A DNA stretch of 64,000 nucleotides, taken from contig CAVSGO010000007.1 in assembly GCA_963727525.1 (NCBI GenBank), positions 1,312,001 through 1,376,000 on the forward strand, in the 5' to 3' direction. Shown here piece by piece: positions 34,800-44,449 of the stretch. Both the position numbers and the translations under genes were made by a program. Numbering within the stretch: the first letter of the stretch is position 1; each line of letters starts with the position of its first letter. The notes beneath the pieces are model-generated. The model ran no database searches. It was given only the letters and a program-made list of their open reading frames with translations, and was not told the DNA's origin. Source of the DNA: an uncultured bacterium (GTDB lineage Bacteria > Krumholzibacteriota > Krumholzibacteriia > LZORAL124-64-63).

Positions 34800-36554
34800 T
34801 CAGCGCCGCAGCTCCCGCACCACCACCACCGCTGCCACTGCCGCAATGGCCAGCAGGCCGAGCCCCGCGCCTGTGCTTCCCAGCACGAGCTTGCCGATCC
34901 CGAAGAGGATCCCGTACACCATCACGACACCGGCAAGCCACACGCCCACGATCCCCCAGGACAGCCCGTCGCACCGCACCTCCGGGCAGGCAGCTGCCAC
35001 CGGCCCCCAGGCCCCGCCCGGACGGACGCGGCGGTAGAATCCGGAGAGGCGGGCGATCGGTTCCGGCTGGGTAAGGAAGGTGGCCGTCAGCCAGACGACC
35101 AGGGTGAAGGGAACGAGGATGAGCACCTTGTGGTGGGTCTGCAGAACCATGCCGTGCAGGTGAAGCGGCGACGAGAAGAGCTGGTAAGCGCGCCCCGCCT
35201 GGATGCCCGCAGCCACCTCGAATCCTACGGCCCCCACCACGCTCGCGGCCAGGGCCGCGATCTCGCTCCACGCGTTGATGCGCCACCAGAACCAGCGCAG
35301 GATGAGCACGGGACCGATCCCCGCCCCCATCGCCCACACGAAGAGCCAGGCCTTGCCGATGCTCTGCAGGGAATACGCCACGAGGACGGCCAGGCTCATC
35401 AACACCGCCACCGCCACCTTGGCCGCAGCCACGGCCTCGTGTTCCCCGGCCTGCGGCCGCACGAAGCGCCGGTACACGTCGTTGACGAGGTAGCTCGCCC
35501 CCCAGTTGAGATGCGTGTCGACGGTGGACATGAAGGCCGCCAGGAAGCTCACGAGCATCATGCCGAGCAGTCCGGGGCCGAGCACCATGGCCATCACCTG
35601 CGGATAGGCCGCCTCGTCACTCATTCCGGCCGGCATGTTCGGTACGAGCACGAGCGAGCACAGTGCCACGACGATCCACGGCCAGTAGCGCACCGCGTTC
35701 ACCGCGACCGCGTACCACAGCGTGGCCCCGCGGGCGTGTCGTTCGTTGCGGGCCGCGGCCATGCGCTGGATCAGGTAGCCGCCGCCGTCGGCGTTGTGAC
35801 TGGCCCACCACATCACCGTCACGAAGATGAGGAACTTCCCGAAGTTGGCGTGGCCGGGAATGAACGCCAGCGTGTCGGGATGCACGAGTGGCGAGGCCGC
35901 GAGCTTCGCCTGAAGCTCCGCGATCCCCCCCACGCGCCCCACGGCCACCACCGCCAGGGTGATCGATCCCGCCATCGCGAGCACGAACTGCACCACGTCG
36001 GTGACGACCACGCCCCAGAAGCCGGCCATCAGCGAATAGCTCAGCGCCAGCGCCGCGCCGCCCACCACCGCGACCGTGGACGGGATGCCCAGCACGGTCT
36101 GCGCCACCGTGGCCATGCCCTTGAGCACCCAGCCCAGCACGATGAAGTTGTAGAGGACGGCGAAATAGACCGCCTTGAATCCGCGCAGCAGCGCCGCCGG
36201 CCGGCCCGCATAGCGCAGTTCGATCAGCTCGTTGTCGGTGACCACCTCCGCGCGCCGCCAGAAGCGGCTGAAGAGGAACACCGCCATCGTCTGGCTCAGT
36301 ACGTAATGCCAGCCGAACCAGTTGTACCAGATGCCGTCGTGGCGAACGAAGCCGGTCACGGCCAGCGGCGTGTCGGCCGCGAACGTGGTGGCCACCATGC
36401 TCGTCCCCAGCACCCACCACGGCAACGACCGCCCCGCGAGGAAGTACTCCTGACTGCTCCGGCTCGCGCGGCGGGAAAAGAGCAATCCCAGGGTGAGCGT
36501 CAAGACCAGGTAGAGGGCGATGACGATCCAGTCGAGCAGATGCAGATCGGCCAC
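34800..36554 (-). CDS. Sodium:solute symporter family protein
   Basis: YFLAGRSLPWW, SMVATTFAADTPL, YLIQRMAAA and AAFMSTVDTHLN; many TMs. Confidence 0.92.
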   Translation of the reverse strand: MADLHLLDWIVIALYLVLTLTLGLLFSRRASRSSQEYFLAGRSLPWWVLGTSMVATTFAADTPLAVTGFVRHDGIWYNWFGWHYVLSQTMAVFLFSRFWRRAEVVTDNELIELRYAGRPAALLRGFKAVYFAVLYNFIVLGWVLKGMATVAQTVLGIPSTVAVVGGAALALSYSLMAGFWGVVVTDVVQFVLAMAGSITLAVVAVGRVGGIAELQAKLAASPLVHPDTLAFIPGHANFGKFLIFVTVMWWASHNADGGGYLIQRMAAARNERHARGATLWYAVAVNAVRYWPWIVVALCSLVLVPNMPAGMSDEAAYPQVMAMVLGPGLLGMMLVSFLAAFMSTVDTHLNWGASYLVNDVYRRFVRPQAGEHEAVAAAKVAVAVLMSLAVLVAYSLQSIGKAWLFVWAMGAGIGPVLILRWFWWRINAWSEIAALAASVVGAVGFEVAAGIQAGRAYQLFSSPLHLHGMVLQTHHKVLILVPFTLVVWLTATFLTQPEPIARLSGFYRRVRPGGAWGPVAAACPEVRCDGLSWGIVGVWLAGVVMVYGILFGIGKLVLGSTGAGLGLLAIAAVAAVVVVRELRR

Positions 36555-36647
36555 GGCGACGTCCTCGGGGTTCGTGCAGCTGAGGGCATGGCGTCGGGCC
36601 ATTGAATCAGCCGTATGTGGACATCGTCAATAGTCTTCGCGGCCGTC

Positions 36648-37805
36648 TCAGCGGAAGAGCGCCTTCACCGTGCCCCAGGTGCGTGGCTCGGTGGCCACCT
36701 CGCCCCCGGCCACCGGAACGACATCCACGACGAGACGGACATCCGGATCGTCGGCGTGATCGAGGATCCAGGCGGAGATCGTCGCCAGGTCGGTGGTGCC
36801 CCACCAGTTGCCGGTGAGGTCGGCGTGGTCGTCGCCGGTTGGCGAGCCCTGGCCAGCGCGGACGGACCAGGCATCCGGGGCGGTGCGCAGCACGTGCCCG
36901 GCCGTGAACGAGACGTCGGCGCAATCGTCGAGCGCGATCGCCGTCACGCCGCTGCTGACCACCGTGCCTGTGGCCATGAGCCGTGCGTCGTGTCCCACCA
37001 TGACGATGCCCGAAGCCGTCGGCTCGTCGACATGGGAATCGACAACTATCGCCGCGCTCGTGTCGGACACGAAGAAGGCGTCGCTGGTGTGGTCATGGAC
37101 ATAGCAGCGCCGGAACGTGCCCTGGCTGCCCTGCAGCAGCATCGCCCCGTGCATCCCACCGGAGAGGATGGCGTCCTCCACGGTCGCCTCGGTCACGCCC
37201 GCGCCGACGAGGCGCACACCGCTGCCGCAATCCTGGAACAGGCACGAGCGCAGCGCGAGCGGCCCATCGGTGCTCGACGCCTGGAACCCGATGTTCCCGC
37301 GCACGAATACGCAGCCGACCATGTCGCTGCCGTTCGCGAAATCGCCGCGGATGCCGTAACCGCAATCCGCGAAGCGGCACGCGGCGACGCTGGCGGCGTA
37401 GTGGTCGACGTCCAGGGCGATCCCCACGACGTTGCTCACCGCAAGCGTCTCCAGGGTGAGGTGCGCGATGCCGCGTCCCACGATGGCGCGTACGGTGCCG
37501 GGATCGTGGGTGCCCGACAGGTCGGGCCCGATGATCGTCTGCCCCGCGCCAGCGCCCCGGATTAGGAGATCGTCGGTCTCGACGAGGGCGTAGACGTCCG
37601 TGCCCACACCGCCGATGTCCACCGTGGCATAGTCCTGGTAATGGCCCGTCGCAATGCTGATGGTGTCGCCCGCGGACGCCGCGGCTAGCGCGGGCTGGAT
37701 CGTCGTGAAGTCGCCCGTGCCGTCCAGGACGACGCGCCAGTCGCGAGCGCTGGCCGGGATGGCCGCGAGCAGCAAGGCGAGGAATGCGAGGGTCGGGCGT
37801 CGCAT
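36648..37805 (-). CDS. Secreted right-handed parallel beta-helix (pectin-lyase-fold) protein with TWGTVKALFR tail
   Basis: Signal peptide; GDFTTIQPALAAASAGDTI; PbH1-like repeats; DLTGNWWG; terminal TWGTVKALFR. Confidence 0.8.
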   Translation of the reverse strand: MRRPTLAFLALLLAAIPASARDWRVVLDGTGDFTTIQPALAAASAGDTISIATGHYQDYATVDIGGVGTDVYALVETDDLLIRGAGAGQTIIGPDLSGTHDPGTVRAIVGRGIAHLTLETLAVSNVVGIALDVDHYAASVAACRFADCGYGIRGDFANGSDMVGCVFVRGNIGFQASSTDGPLALRSCLFQDCGSGVRLVGAGVTEATVEDAILSGGMHGAMLLQGSQGTFRRCYVHDHTSDAFFVSDTSAAIVVDSHVDEPTASGIVMVGHDARLMATGTVVSSGVTAIALDDCADVSFTAGHVLRTAPDAWSVRAGQGSPTGDDHADLTGNWWGTTDLATISAWILDHADDPDVRLVVDVVPVAGGEVATEPRTWGTVKALFR

Positions 37806-37947
37806 GTCATGTCCTTCCCGGTGGCGTGACGGAGCCGTGGCTGCCGAGGATGGCACGTAAACCGTATCGGCGACCTCGCGCCAGCGCCCCTTGCGCCCCG
37901 GTGCGTGCCGCACCTACCATGGCGGCATGACCAGCGAGGAGACCGCC

Positions 37948-38514
37948 ATGAGCAAGACCGTGCTCGTTCCCATCGCCGACGGTTCCGAGGAGATCGAGGC
38001 CGTCACGATCGTCGACACGCTGCGGCGCGCCGGCGCCACCGTCACCGTCGCTGCCGTCGGCGACCGTCTCGAGGTACAGTGCTCCCGCGGCGTGAGACTG
38101 GTGGCCGACACGCTCCTGGCGCGCGTCCGCGATCAGCGCTTCGACCTGATCGCCCTGCCGGGGGGGCAACGCGGCGCCGAGCGCCTGCGCGATAGCGACG
38201 GACTCGTGGCACTGCTGCGCGACCAGGTGGCGCGCGATGCTCCGGTCGGCGCGGTGTGCGCAGCGCCCGGCGTGGTGCTGGCCACCCACGACCTGCTCGG
38301 CGGTCGGCAGGTGACGAGCCACCCCAGCGTCTTCGAGACGCTGCCCGCGGCGACGCGTCGCGAGGACCGTGTCGTGGTGGACGGATCGCTGGTCACCAGC
38401 CGTGGGCCGGGCACGGCCCTCGAATTCGCGCTGGCGTTGGTGGAACTGCTCTACGGCGCCGCGCAGCGCGAGGCCGTGGCGGGTCCGATGCTCGTGGCGA
38501 AGGGGATGCGATGA
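37948..38514 (+). CDS. DJ-1/YajL/ThiJ family protein
   Basis: GSEEIE, LPGG, AVCAAP (catalytic Cys) and TSRGPGTA. Confidence 0.92.
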   Translation: MSKTVLVPIADGSEEIEAVTIVDTLRRAGATVTVAAVGDRLEVQCSRGVRLVADTLLARVRDQRFDLIALPGGQRGAERLRDSDGLVALLRDQVARDAPVGAVCAAPGVVLATHDLLGGRQVTSHPSVFETLPAATRREDRVVVDGSLVTSRGPGTALEFALALVELLYGAAQREAVAGPMLVAKGMR

Positions 38515-38894
38515 AGGCCCTCGTGATCGTGGCGCACGGCAGCCGCCTGCCCGAGGGCAATGAGCTCGTGCGGCGACTCGCGTCGCGCGTGCGCCGGCAG
38601 GCGAGCGGACGCTTCGTCCACGTGACCAGCGCGTTCATCGAGCACGGCACGCCCACCACCGCCGAGGCGATCGAGCAGTGCATCGGGCTGGGGGCGCGGG
38701 AGGTCCTGGTGCTGCCCTACCTGCTGGCGCCGGGCAAGCACCTGAACGACGACATCCCGGCCGCGGTGCAGTCGCGCCAGAAGGCGCATCCGGACGTGTT
38801 GATGCGCACGGCCCCCTGCGTCGGCTGCGCCGAGGGCATGGCGCGCCTGTTACTCGAGCTGGTCGGGGTTCCGCCCAGCGTCGATGATCTCTAG
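38511..38894 (+). CDS. Short CbiX/SirB-type sirohydrochlorin chelatase domain protein
   Basis: VAHGSR, AFIE, PYLLAPGKHLNDDIP. ATGA overlap with the DJ-1 gene. Confidence 0.85.
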   Translation: MKALVIVAHGSRLPEGNELVRRLASRVRRQASGRFVHVTSAFIEHGTPTTAEAIEQCIGLGAREVLVLPYLLAPGKHLNDDIPAAVQSRQKAHPDVLMRTAPCVGCAEGMARLLLELVGVPPSVDDL

Positions 38895-41605
38895 CGCGCC
38901 TGCTCCGCCACCACCTGCGGGACCATCGCGATCATCTCGCCGAGGCGGCCGGCGTCGGGCAGGCCGGCCTGAGCCGTGCCCGGCTTGCCGCCACCGCGAC
39001 CGCCAACCGCGGCAGCCAGGGCCTTGACCAGGTTCCCCGCGTGCAGGCGGCCGCTCGCGACCAGGTCGGGCGTGAGCGTCACCAGCGCGGTGGCCTTGCC
39101 GTCGAGCACCGCGCCCAGCACCACCACGCCGGCGTCGCCCAGGCTGTCGCGCACGTGGTCGCCCAGGCTCAGGAGTTGATCGCGCGCGTCGACCCCGACC
39201 TCCGCGGCCACGACCTTGAGACCCGCCACCGGCTGCGGCTCGGCGAGGTGGGCGGCGAGCGAGGCCTGCGCCTCGGCCTTCTGCGTGTCGGCCAGTTCGC
39301 GGCGCAGGCGGTCTCGCTCCGCCTGCAGCTCGCGCACCTGGTCGGCGAACGACCCGCCATCGCCGCGTAGCACGCTCCCCAGTTCGCCCAGCATGGTCTG
39401 GTCATCGCGTACGAGCCGCTGGGCCACATCGCCGGCGACCGCCTCGATGCGGCGCACGCCGGCAGCCACGCTGCTCTCGCTCATGATGCGCACGTAGCCG
39501 ATATCGCCAGTGTGCATGCAGTGCGTGCCGCCGCACAGCTCCAGGGAGAAGGTCGGTCCCGCGTCGGCCGGCGCATCGAGGGTGGCGACCGGTCCGCCGT
39601 GGATCTCGATCATGCGCACGCGCTCGCCGTACTTCTCGCCGAACAGCGCCATGGCACCGGCCGCCCTGGCCTCGGCGAGGGGTACGTCATCGCGGCGGAT
39701 CACGGCGCGATTGTCGAGTACGGCGCCGTTGATGAGCGCTTCCACCTGCGCGACCTCGGCCGGCGTCATGGCTCTGTCGTGCCGGAAGTCGAAGCGCAGA
39801 TGGTGCGGCGTGACCTCGCTGCCCGCCTGCTCCACATGGTTGCCCAGCACCCGGCGGAGCGCCGCGTGCAAGAGGTGGGTGGCCGTGTGGTGCCGCATCG
39901 TGGCCCGGCGGCGCGCGGCATCCACGGCGAGCGTGGCGCGCGGATTGGCGCGCAGATCGTCGCGCAGATCCGCGGCGTCGCCATGCACCACCAAGGCCGG
40001 CCCCTCCTCCGTCTTCAGCGTGGTGAGCACGTCGAGCACGACGCCCGAGGGATGCAGGGTGATGGTACCGGTGTCGCCGATCTGACCGCCACCCTCGGGA
40101 TAGAACGGCGACGGGGTGAAGAGCACGTGGCTGATCGCACCGTCGGCATCGTGACCCGCCGCACGCACGGCCAGCGGCTCGCCCTCGCAATGCAGGAGGT
40201 CGTAGCCGACGAAGCGCGCCTTCGGCAGGTCGCCATCGCCCTTCACCGGCTCCCAGGCACCGATGCCGGCCATGTAGACGCGTACGCGCCCGCTCTGCTC
40301 CCGCTGCCTCTGCATGGACGCCTGGAACCCGGCGGTGTCGATGGTAAAGCCGTCCTCCTCGGCCATGACCGCGGTGAGGTCCACCGGGAAGCCGAACGTG
40401 TCGTGCAGCTTGAAGGCTTCCTCGCCCAGCAGCTCGGTGCGCCTCTCGGCGCGCATGCGGTCGCGGAACTCGCCGTAGATCTTCAGGCCGGCGGCCAGGG
40501 TGCGCAGGAAACGCTCCTCCTCCTGGCGGATGACGCCGAGCGTGCGCTCACGGCGCTCGCGCAGCTCCGGGTACGCCTCGCTCATCTCGTCGATCACGAC
40601 AGCGGCTATCTCGTGCAGGAACGGTCGCTCGAGGCCCAGGCGATGGCCGTGGCGCGCGGCGCGGCGCAGGATGCGGCGCACCACGTAGCCGCGCCCCTCG
40701 TTGCTGGGGATGGCGCCGTCGGTGACGGTGAAGGTGACGGCGCGCGCGTGGTCGGCAATGACCTGCATCGAGATGCGGTCCTCGCCCGCGGGTTCGCGTC
40801 CGCTGAGTGCACTGGCCTTCGCGATGAGCGGGGTGAACAGGTCCGTGAGGTAGTTCGACCCCACCTTCTGCTTGACGGCAACCAGGCGCTCGAAACCGAG
40901 CCCCGTGTCGACGCTCTTCATGGGCAGCGGGTGCAGCACGCCCTGCTCGTCGCGATTGAACTCCATGAAGACGTGGTTCCACAACTCGAGCCAGCGGTCG
41001 CAGTCGCACACGCCACAGGCGCAACCGTCGGGGTGGTCGCAAGCCATCTGCGCACCCTGGTCGTAGTGCATCTCGGCGCAGGGTCCGCATGGGCCGGTGT
41101 CAGCCATCGACCAGAAGTTCTCCTCGTCGCCCTGCGCGATGTCGCCCAGACGGATGATGCGTTCCGCAGGAATGCCCAGCTCCTCGTGGAAGATGGCGTA
41201 GGCCTCGTCGTCGTTCTTGTAGACGGTGAACCACAGTCGGTCGAGCGGCAGACCCATCTCGCGCGTGAGGAACTCCAGCCCCCAGGCCAACGACTCACGC
41301 TTGTAATAATCGCCGAACGACCAGTTGCCGAGCATCTCGAAGAAGGTGTGATGGCGCGCGTCCTTGCCCACCTCCTCCAGGTCGTTGTGCTTGCCGCTCA
41401 CGCGCATGCACTTCTGCACGGACGCCGCGCGGACATAGTCGCGCTTCTCCAGCCCGAGGAACACGCCCTTGAATTGATTCATCCCCGCGTTCGTGAACAG
41501 GAGCGTGGGGTCATCGTGCGGCACGAGCGACGACGACGTCACGACGGTGTGACCGCGCGCGGCGAAGTAATCGAGAAAACGAGCTCGGATCTGCTTGGCA
41601 TCCAC
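38891..41605 (-). CDS. alaS: Alanine--tRNA ligase
   Basis: DPTLLFTNAGMNQFK, HHTFFEMLGN, editing HTATHLLH and ELCGGTH, C-Ala GGRGGG. Confidence 0.98.
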   Translation of the reverse strand: MDAKQIRARFLDYFAARGHTVVTSSSLVPHDDPTLLFTNAGMNQFKGVFLGLEKRDYVRAASVQKCMRVSGKHNDLEEVGKDARHHTFFEMLGNWSFGDYYKRESLAWGLEFLTREMGLPLDRLWFTVYKNDDEAYAIFHEELGIPAERIIRLGDIAQGDEENFWSMADTGPCGPCAEMHYDQGAQMACDHPDGCACGVCDCDRWLELWNHVFMEFNRDEQGVLHPLPMKSVDTGLGFERLVAVKQKVGSNYLTDLFTPLIAKASALSGREPAGEDRISMQVIADHARAVTFTVTDGAIPSNEGRGYVVRRILRRAARHGHRLGLERPFLHEIAAVVIDEMSEAYPELRERRERTLGVIRQEEERFLRTLAAGLKIYGEFRDRMRAERRTELLGEEAFKLHDTFGFPVDLTAVMAEEDGFTIDTAGFQASMQRQREQSGRVRVYMAGIGAWEPVKGDGDLPKARFVGYDLLHCEGEPLAVRAAGHDADGAISHVLFTPSPFYPEGGGQIGDTGTITLHPSGVVLDVLTTLKTEEGPALVVHGDAADLRDDLRANPRATLAVDAARRRATMRHHTATHLLHAALRRVLGNHVEQAGSEVTPHHLRFDFRHDRAMTPAEVAQVEALINGAVLDNRAVIRRDDVPLAEARAAGAMALFGEKYGERVRMIEIHGGPVATLDAPADAGPTFSLELCGGTHCMHTGDIGYVRIMSESSVAAGVRRIEAVAGDVAQRLVRDDQTMLGELGSVLRGDGGSFADQVRELQAERDRLRRELADTQKAEAQASLAAHLAEPQPVAGLKVVAAEVGVDARDQLLSLGDHVRDSLGDAGVVVLGAVLDGKATALVTLTPDLVASGRLHAGNLVKALAAAVGGRGGGKPGTAQAGLPDAGRLGEMIAMVPQVVAEQAR

Positions 41606-41699
41606 GGTGCGTGATCCTCTCCTGGACGATCTCGTGAGCGTCTTTTCAGCGGCCTGGAGTGCGGAATTCTAATGATGGACGGCGATCGGGTCAACCGGT

Positions 41700-41741
41700 G
41701 GTCCGGACGCGTGGGGTCCGGACGCGTGGGGTCCGGACGCG
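41700..41741. repeat. 15-bp tandem repeat (GGTCCGGACGCGTGG x2 plus a 12-bp partial) in the alaS/arfB divergent intergenic region
   Basis: Copies at 41700-41714, 41715-41729 and 41730-41741. Confidence 0.9.
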
Positions 41742-41805
41742 GGGTTGCGTAAGGCGGATCCCGGGGCCATCATGCCTGCGGACCTGCAACCCGGAGCGAG
41801 CCGCC

Positions 41806-42234
41806 ATGCCCGCCGACCTTCCCGTGAACGCCAGCCTCGTCATCCCCGCCGCCGAGCTGGAGATCACGGCCAGTCGCGCCTCGGGGCCGGGCGGCCAGCA
41901 CGTCAATACCACGGATTCCCGGATCCAGGTGCGCTGGAACGTGGCGACGAGCGCGGTCCTGAGCGACACCCAGCGTGCCCGCCTGCAGGAGAAGCTGGCC
42001 GCACGCCTGTCTGCCGACGGCGCGCTGCTGGTGGCCTGCGACACGCACCGCAGCCAGCGACGCAACCGCGACGAGGCGCTGGCCCGGCTCGCAGCCCTGG
42101 TGAAGCAGGGCCTCCAGCGTCCGCGACCACGCCGGGCCACGACCATGCCCCGGGCCGCCCGGGAGGAACGGTTGCGGCAGAAGAAGCAGCGCGCCCAGCG
42201 CAAGCGCGACCGGCGGCCGCCCGAGGGCGATTGA
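41806..42234 (+). CDS. arfB: Alternative ribosome-rescue peptidyl-tRNA hydrolase
   Basis: RASGPGGQHVN, RSQRRNR and a basic C-terminal tail. Confidence 0.93.
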   Translation: MPADLPVNASLVIPAAELEITASRASGPGGQHVNTTDSRIQVRWNVATSAVLSDTQRARLQEKLAARLSADGALLVACDTHRSQRRNRDEALARLAALVKQGLQRPRPRRATTMPRAAREERLRQKKQRAQRKRDRRPPEGD

Positions 42235-42247
42235 GCGACCTTGCCGG

Positions 42248-42823
42248 TCAGGCAAGCAGGAACACCGCCAGCATCACCACCCAGACGATGTCCAGGAAGT
42301 GCCAGTAGCGGACGAACAGCCGCACGCCGCCATGGTCGTCGGGCACCAGGGGCCGGCCGCCACCCCAGGCGCGGCGCAGCAGCAAGGCGAGAGGCACGAG
42401 CCCGCCGACGACATGCAGCGCGTGCAACAGGACCAGGAAGAAGACGAAGCCGAGCAGGGGGTTGCCCTCCGGGCGCAGCGTCCGGTGGGTGTGCAGGAGC
42501 TGTCCCAGCGCAGGGATCTGCAACGCCATGAACGCGATGGCCAGACCGCCCATGATTGTGATCCACATACGGAAGCCGGCCACGTCGCGCCGCCAGAGGC
42601 GGCGGCGCGCCACCTCGACCACCACGGCGCTCGCCAGGAGCACGGCCGTGCTGCCCCACAGCAGCCCCGGCAGAGGCAAGGCGAGGGCATCGCCGAGCCG
42701 CCTTCGCGTGACCACGTAGCCAAGGAGGCTCGCCGCGAAGAGCATCGTCAGCGACGCCAGCAGCACCCGCATGCCGAACGTGGCCATGCCGCCTGCGGTG
42801 AGCGAGGGTGCCGCCCGGTTCAC
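42248..42823 (-). CDS. Cytochrome c oxidase subunit III-family protein (orphan)
   Basis: LASLTMLFAA, STAVLLAS, LHALHVVGG and YWHFLDIVW. Confidence 0.85.
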   Translation of the reverse strand: MNRAAPSLTAGGMATFGMRVLLASLTMLFAASLLGYVVTRRRLGDALALPLPGLLWGSTAVLLASAVVVEVARRRLWRRDVAGFRMWITIMGGLAIAFMALQIPALGQLLHTHRTLRPEGNPLLGFVFFLVLLHALHVVGGLVPLALLLRRAWGGGRPLVPDDHGGVRLFVRYWHFLDIVWVVMLAVFLLA

Positions 42824-43389
42824 GGCTTTCCACCCTCGGCGCGCGCAAGGGGATGGCACCCACCGATGACGTACGGGCGAAACCGATCGACGATGAAGTG
42901 ACGCCACGTGGCCTCGACCACCCCGGGCCAGCCGGGTTGCACCTCGCCGGCCGCGTTCACGGCCACGGTCATCTTCGTACTGTCGGCCCCCTGGGGCGAG
43001 AAGGACCAGGTCGTGACCAGGGTGATGGCGTGTCCGGTCAGACCGAGCGGCCCCTCGAAGCGGAGCAGTTCCCCGCGCTTCGCATAGGTCACCTCGGCGT
43101 GACGGACGCCATCGCCAGAATCGTCGAAGATCTCCCAGAAGCCCCCGCCCGGCCGCGGTTCCAGCTCGAACCGCACGGGATTCGGGCTGAAGGAATGGTC
43201 CCACCAGCCGCTGATGTCGCCGGTCGCCGCGTCGTAGATCGCCGCCGGCGCGCCAGGCAGCGTGACCGCGAACTCGAAGCCGAAGCCCCCGACCGGCAAG
43301 TCGACCGACGTGGCGTTCGCGGGCATCGCTGTCGCCGCGAGCCACACGGCCACCGTCGCGGACATGATCAGAGCCAGACGTGAGGTCAT
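42820..43389 (-). CDS. Secreted SRPBCC/START-domain protein
   Basis: Signal peptide; [27 protein letters not shown] and LRFEGPLG. Confidence 0.75.
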   Translation of the reverse strand: MTSRLALIMSATVAVWLAATAMPANATSVDLPVGGFGFEFAVTLPGAPAAIYDAATGDISGWWDHSFSPNPVRFELEPRPGGGFWEIFDDSGDGVRHAEVTYAKRGELLRFEGPLGLTGHAITLVTTWSFSPQGADSTKMTVAVNAAGEVQPGWPGVVEATWRHFIVDRFRPYVIGGCHPLARAEGGKP

Positions 43390-44332
43390 GATTCCGTTCC
43401 TTCCGGGGTAGCGTCGCCCGCGTCGAGCAACGATTTGCCGAATGCCCGGATCGTGAACACGGGGCAGGGCGCCCAGCGCACGACCTTCTCCGCCACGCTC
43501 CCGAGCAGGAATCGCTGCAGACCAGTGAGCCCGTGGGTGGCGATGACGATGAGATCGATGTCCTCGTCGGCCGCGAAGTCGCAGATCACGGCCGCCGCTC
43601 CCCCTCGCGCACGTGCATCTCCACCGGCACCTCCGGTCCACCCGCCGCTCGCAGGAGCTTCTGCATCTCCTCGCGTCCACGCGGCACGATGTCGGGATCG
43701 ACCCGCAACATCGACTCCACCCCTGCGGCGTAGAACGGCGGCGGCACGGACTGCACGACCACGTGCAACAGGTGCACGGTGGCCCCGGACCCGGCGGCGA
43801 GCCGGCGCGCCTTGGCGATCGCGCGCCGGCTGGGCGGGCCGAAGTCGACCGGCACGAGGATGCGACGCAGTTCGCGCAGCGGACGCGGATGCCGGCGCTC
43901 CTTGACCGTGAACACCGGGCAGCGCGCGTGGCGCACCACCTCCTCCGCAACGCTCCCCAGAAAGAGCTGCCCCAGACCGCGCCGGCCGTGCGTGCCCATA
44001 ACCACGAGGTCGGCCTCGATCTCGCCGGCATAGGTGAGGATCTCCTCCGCCACAGACAGGCCCCGGCGCTCCACCCGCACCGTCTCGACCTGCGGCGGCA
44101 CCGGATGCTGTTCCATCTCGTCCGTGCGCGAGGCGGCAGCCTGGGCGAGTTCGTCCTCGAGCGTGGTCACGAACGACTCGGGCCCGTCCGCACCCTGTCC
44201 CATCCAGGCATGGACGTGCAACAGGTGCAGGGTGGCGCCGGTCTGCGAGGCGAGCTCGACGGCGTGCTCGAACGCCTGGCGCGCGCAGCGCGAGAAGTCC
44301 GTGGGCATGAGGATGGTCTGCATGGAGAACAT
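43386..44332 (-). pseudogene. Tandem-domain universal stress protein interrupted by a 1-nt frameshift (real or sequencing error)
   Basis: ILMPTDFS...[17 protein letters not shown], then a second domain ILVPVDF that breaks at the G5 run (43600-43604). It resumes in another frame as [23 protein letters not shown]...GSVAEKVVR. Confidence 0.85.
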
Positions 44333-44404
44333 GGCGCTCCTTCCGTGGCCGCGATCGGGATGACGACCACCAACAAGGAACATCCAGCGCGCCCGCCCGG
44401 CAAT

Positions 44405-44428
44405 GGTGCCCGGTGGGGCCCGGGCACC
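44405..44428 (-). terminator. Stem-loop after glnA
   Basis: 9-bp stem GGTGCCCGG/CCGGGCACC just downstream of the glnA stop. The U tail is weak. Confidence 0.4.
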
Positions 44429-44449
44429 GCGGACGGCGTCGGCCACCGG

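Noticed and set aside
40990-41050. Cys-rich insert in AlaRS as a novelty
   Set aside because: Similar Cys-rich loops before the LE(I/L)WN motif are common in bacterial AlaRS.
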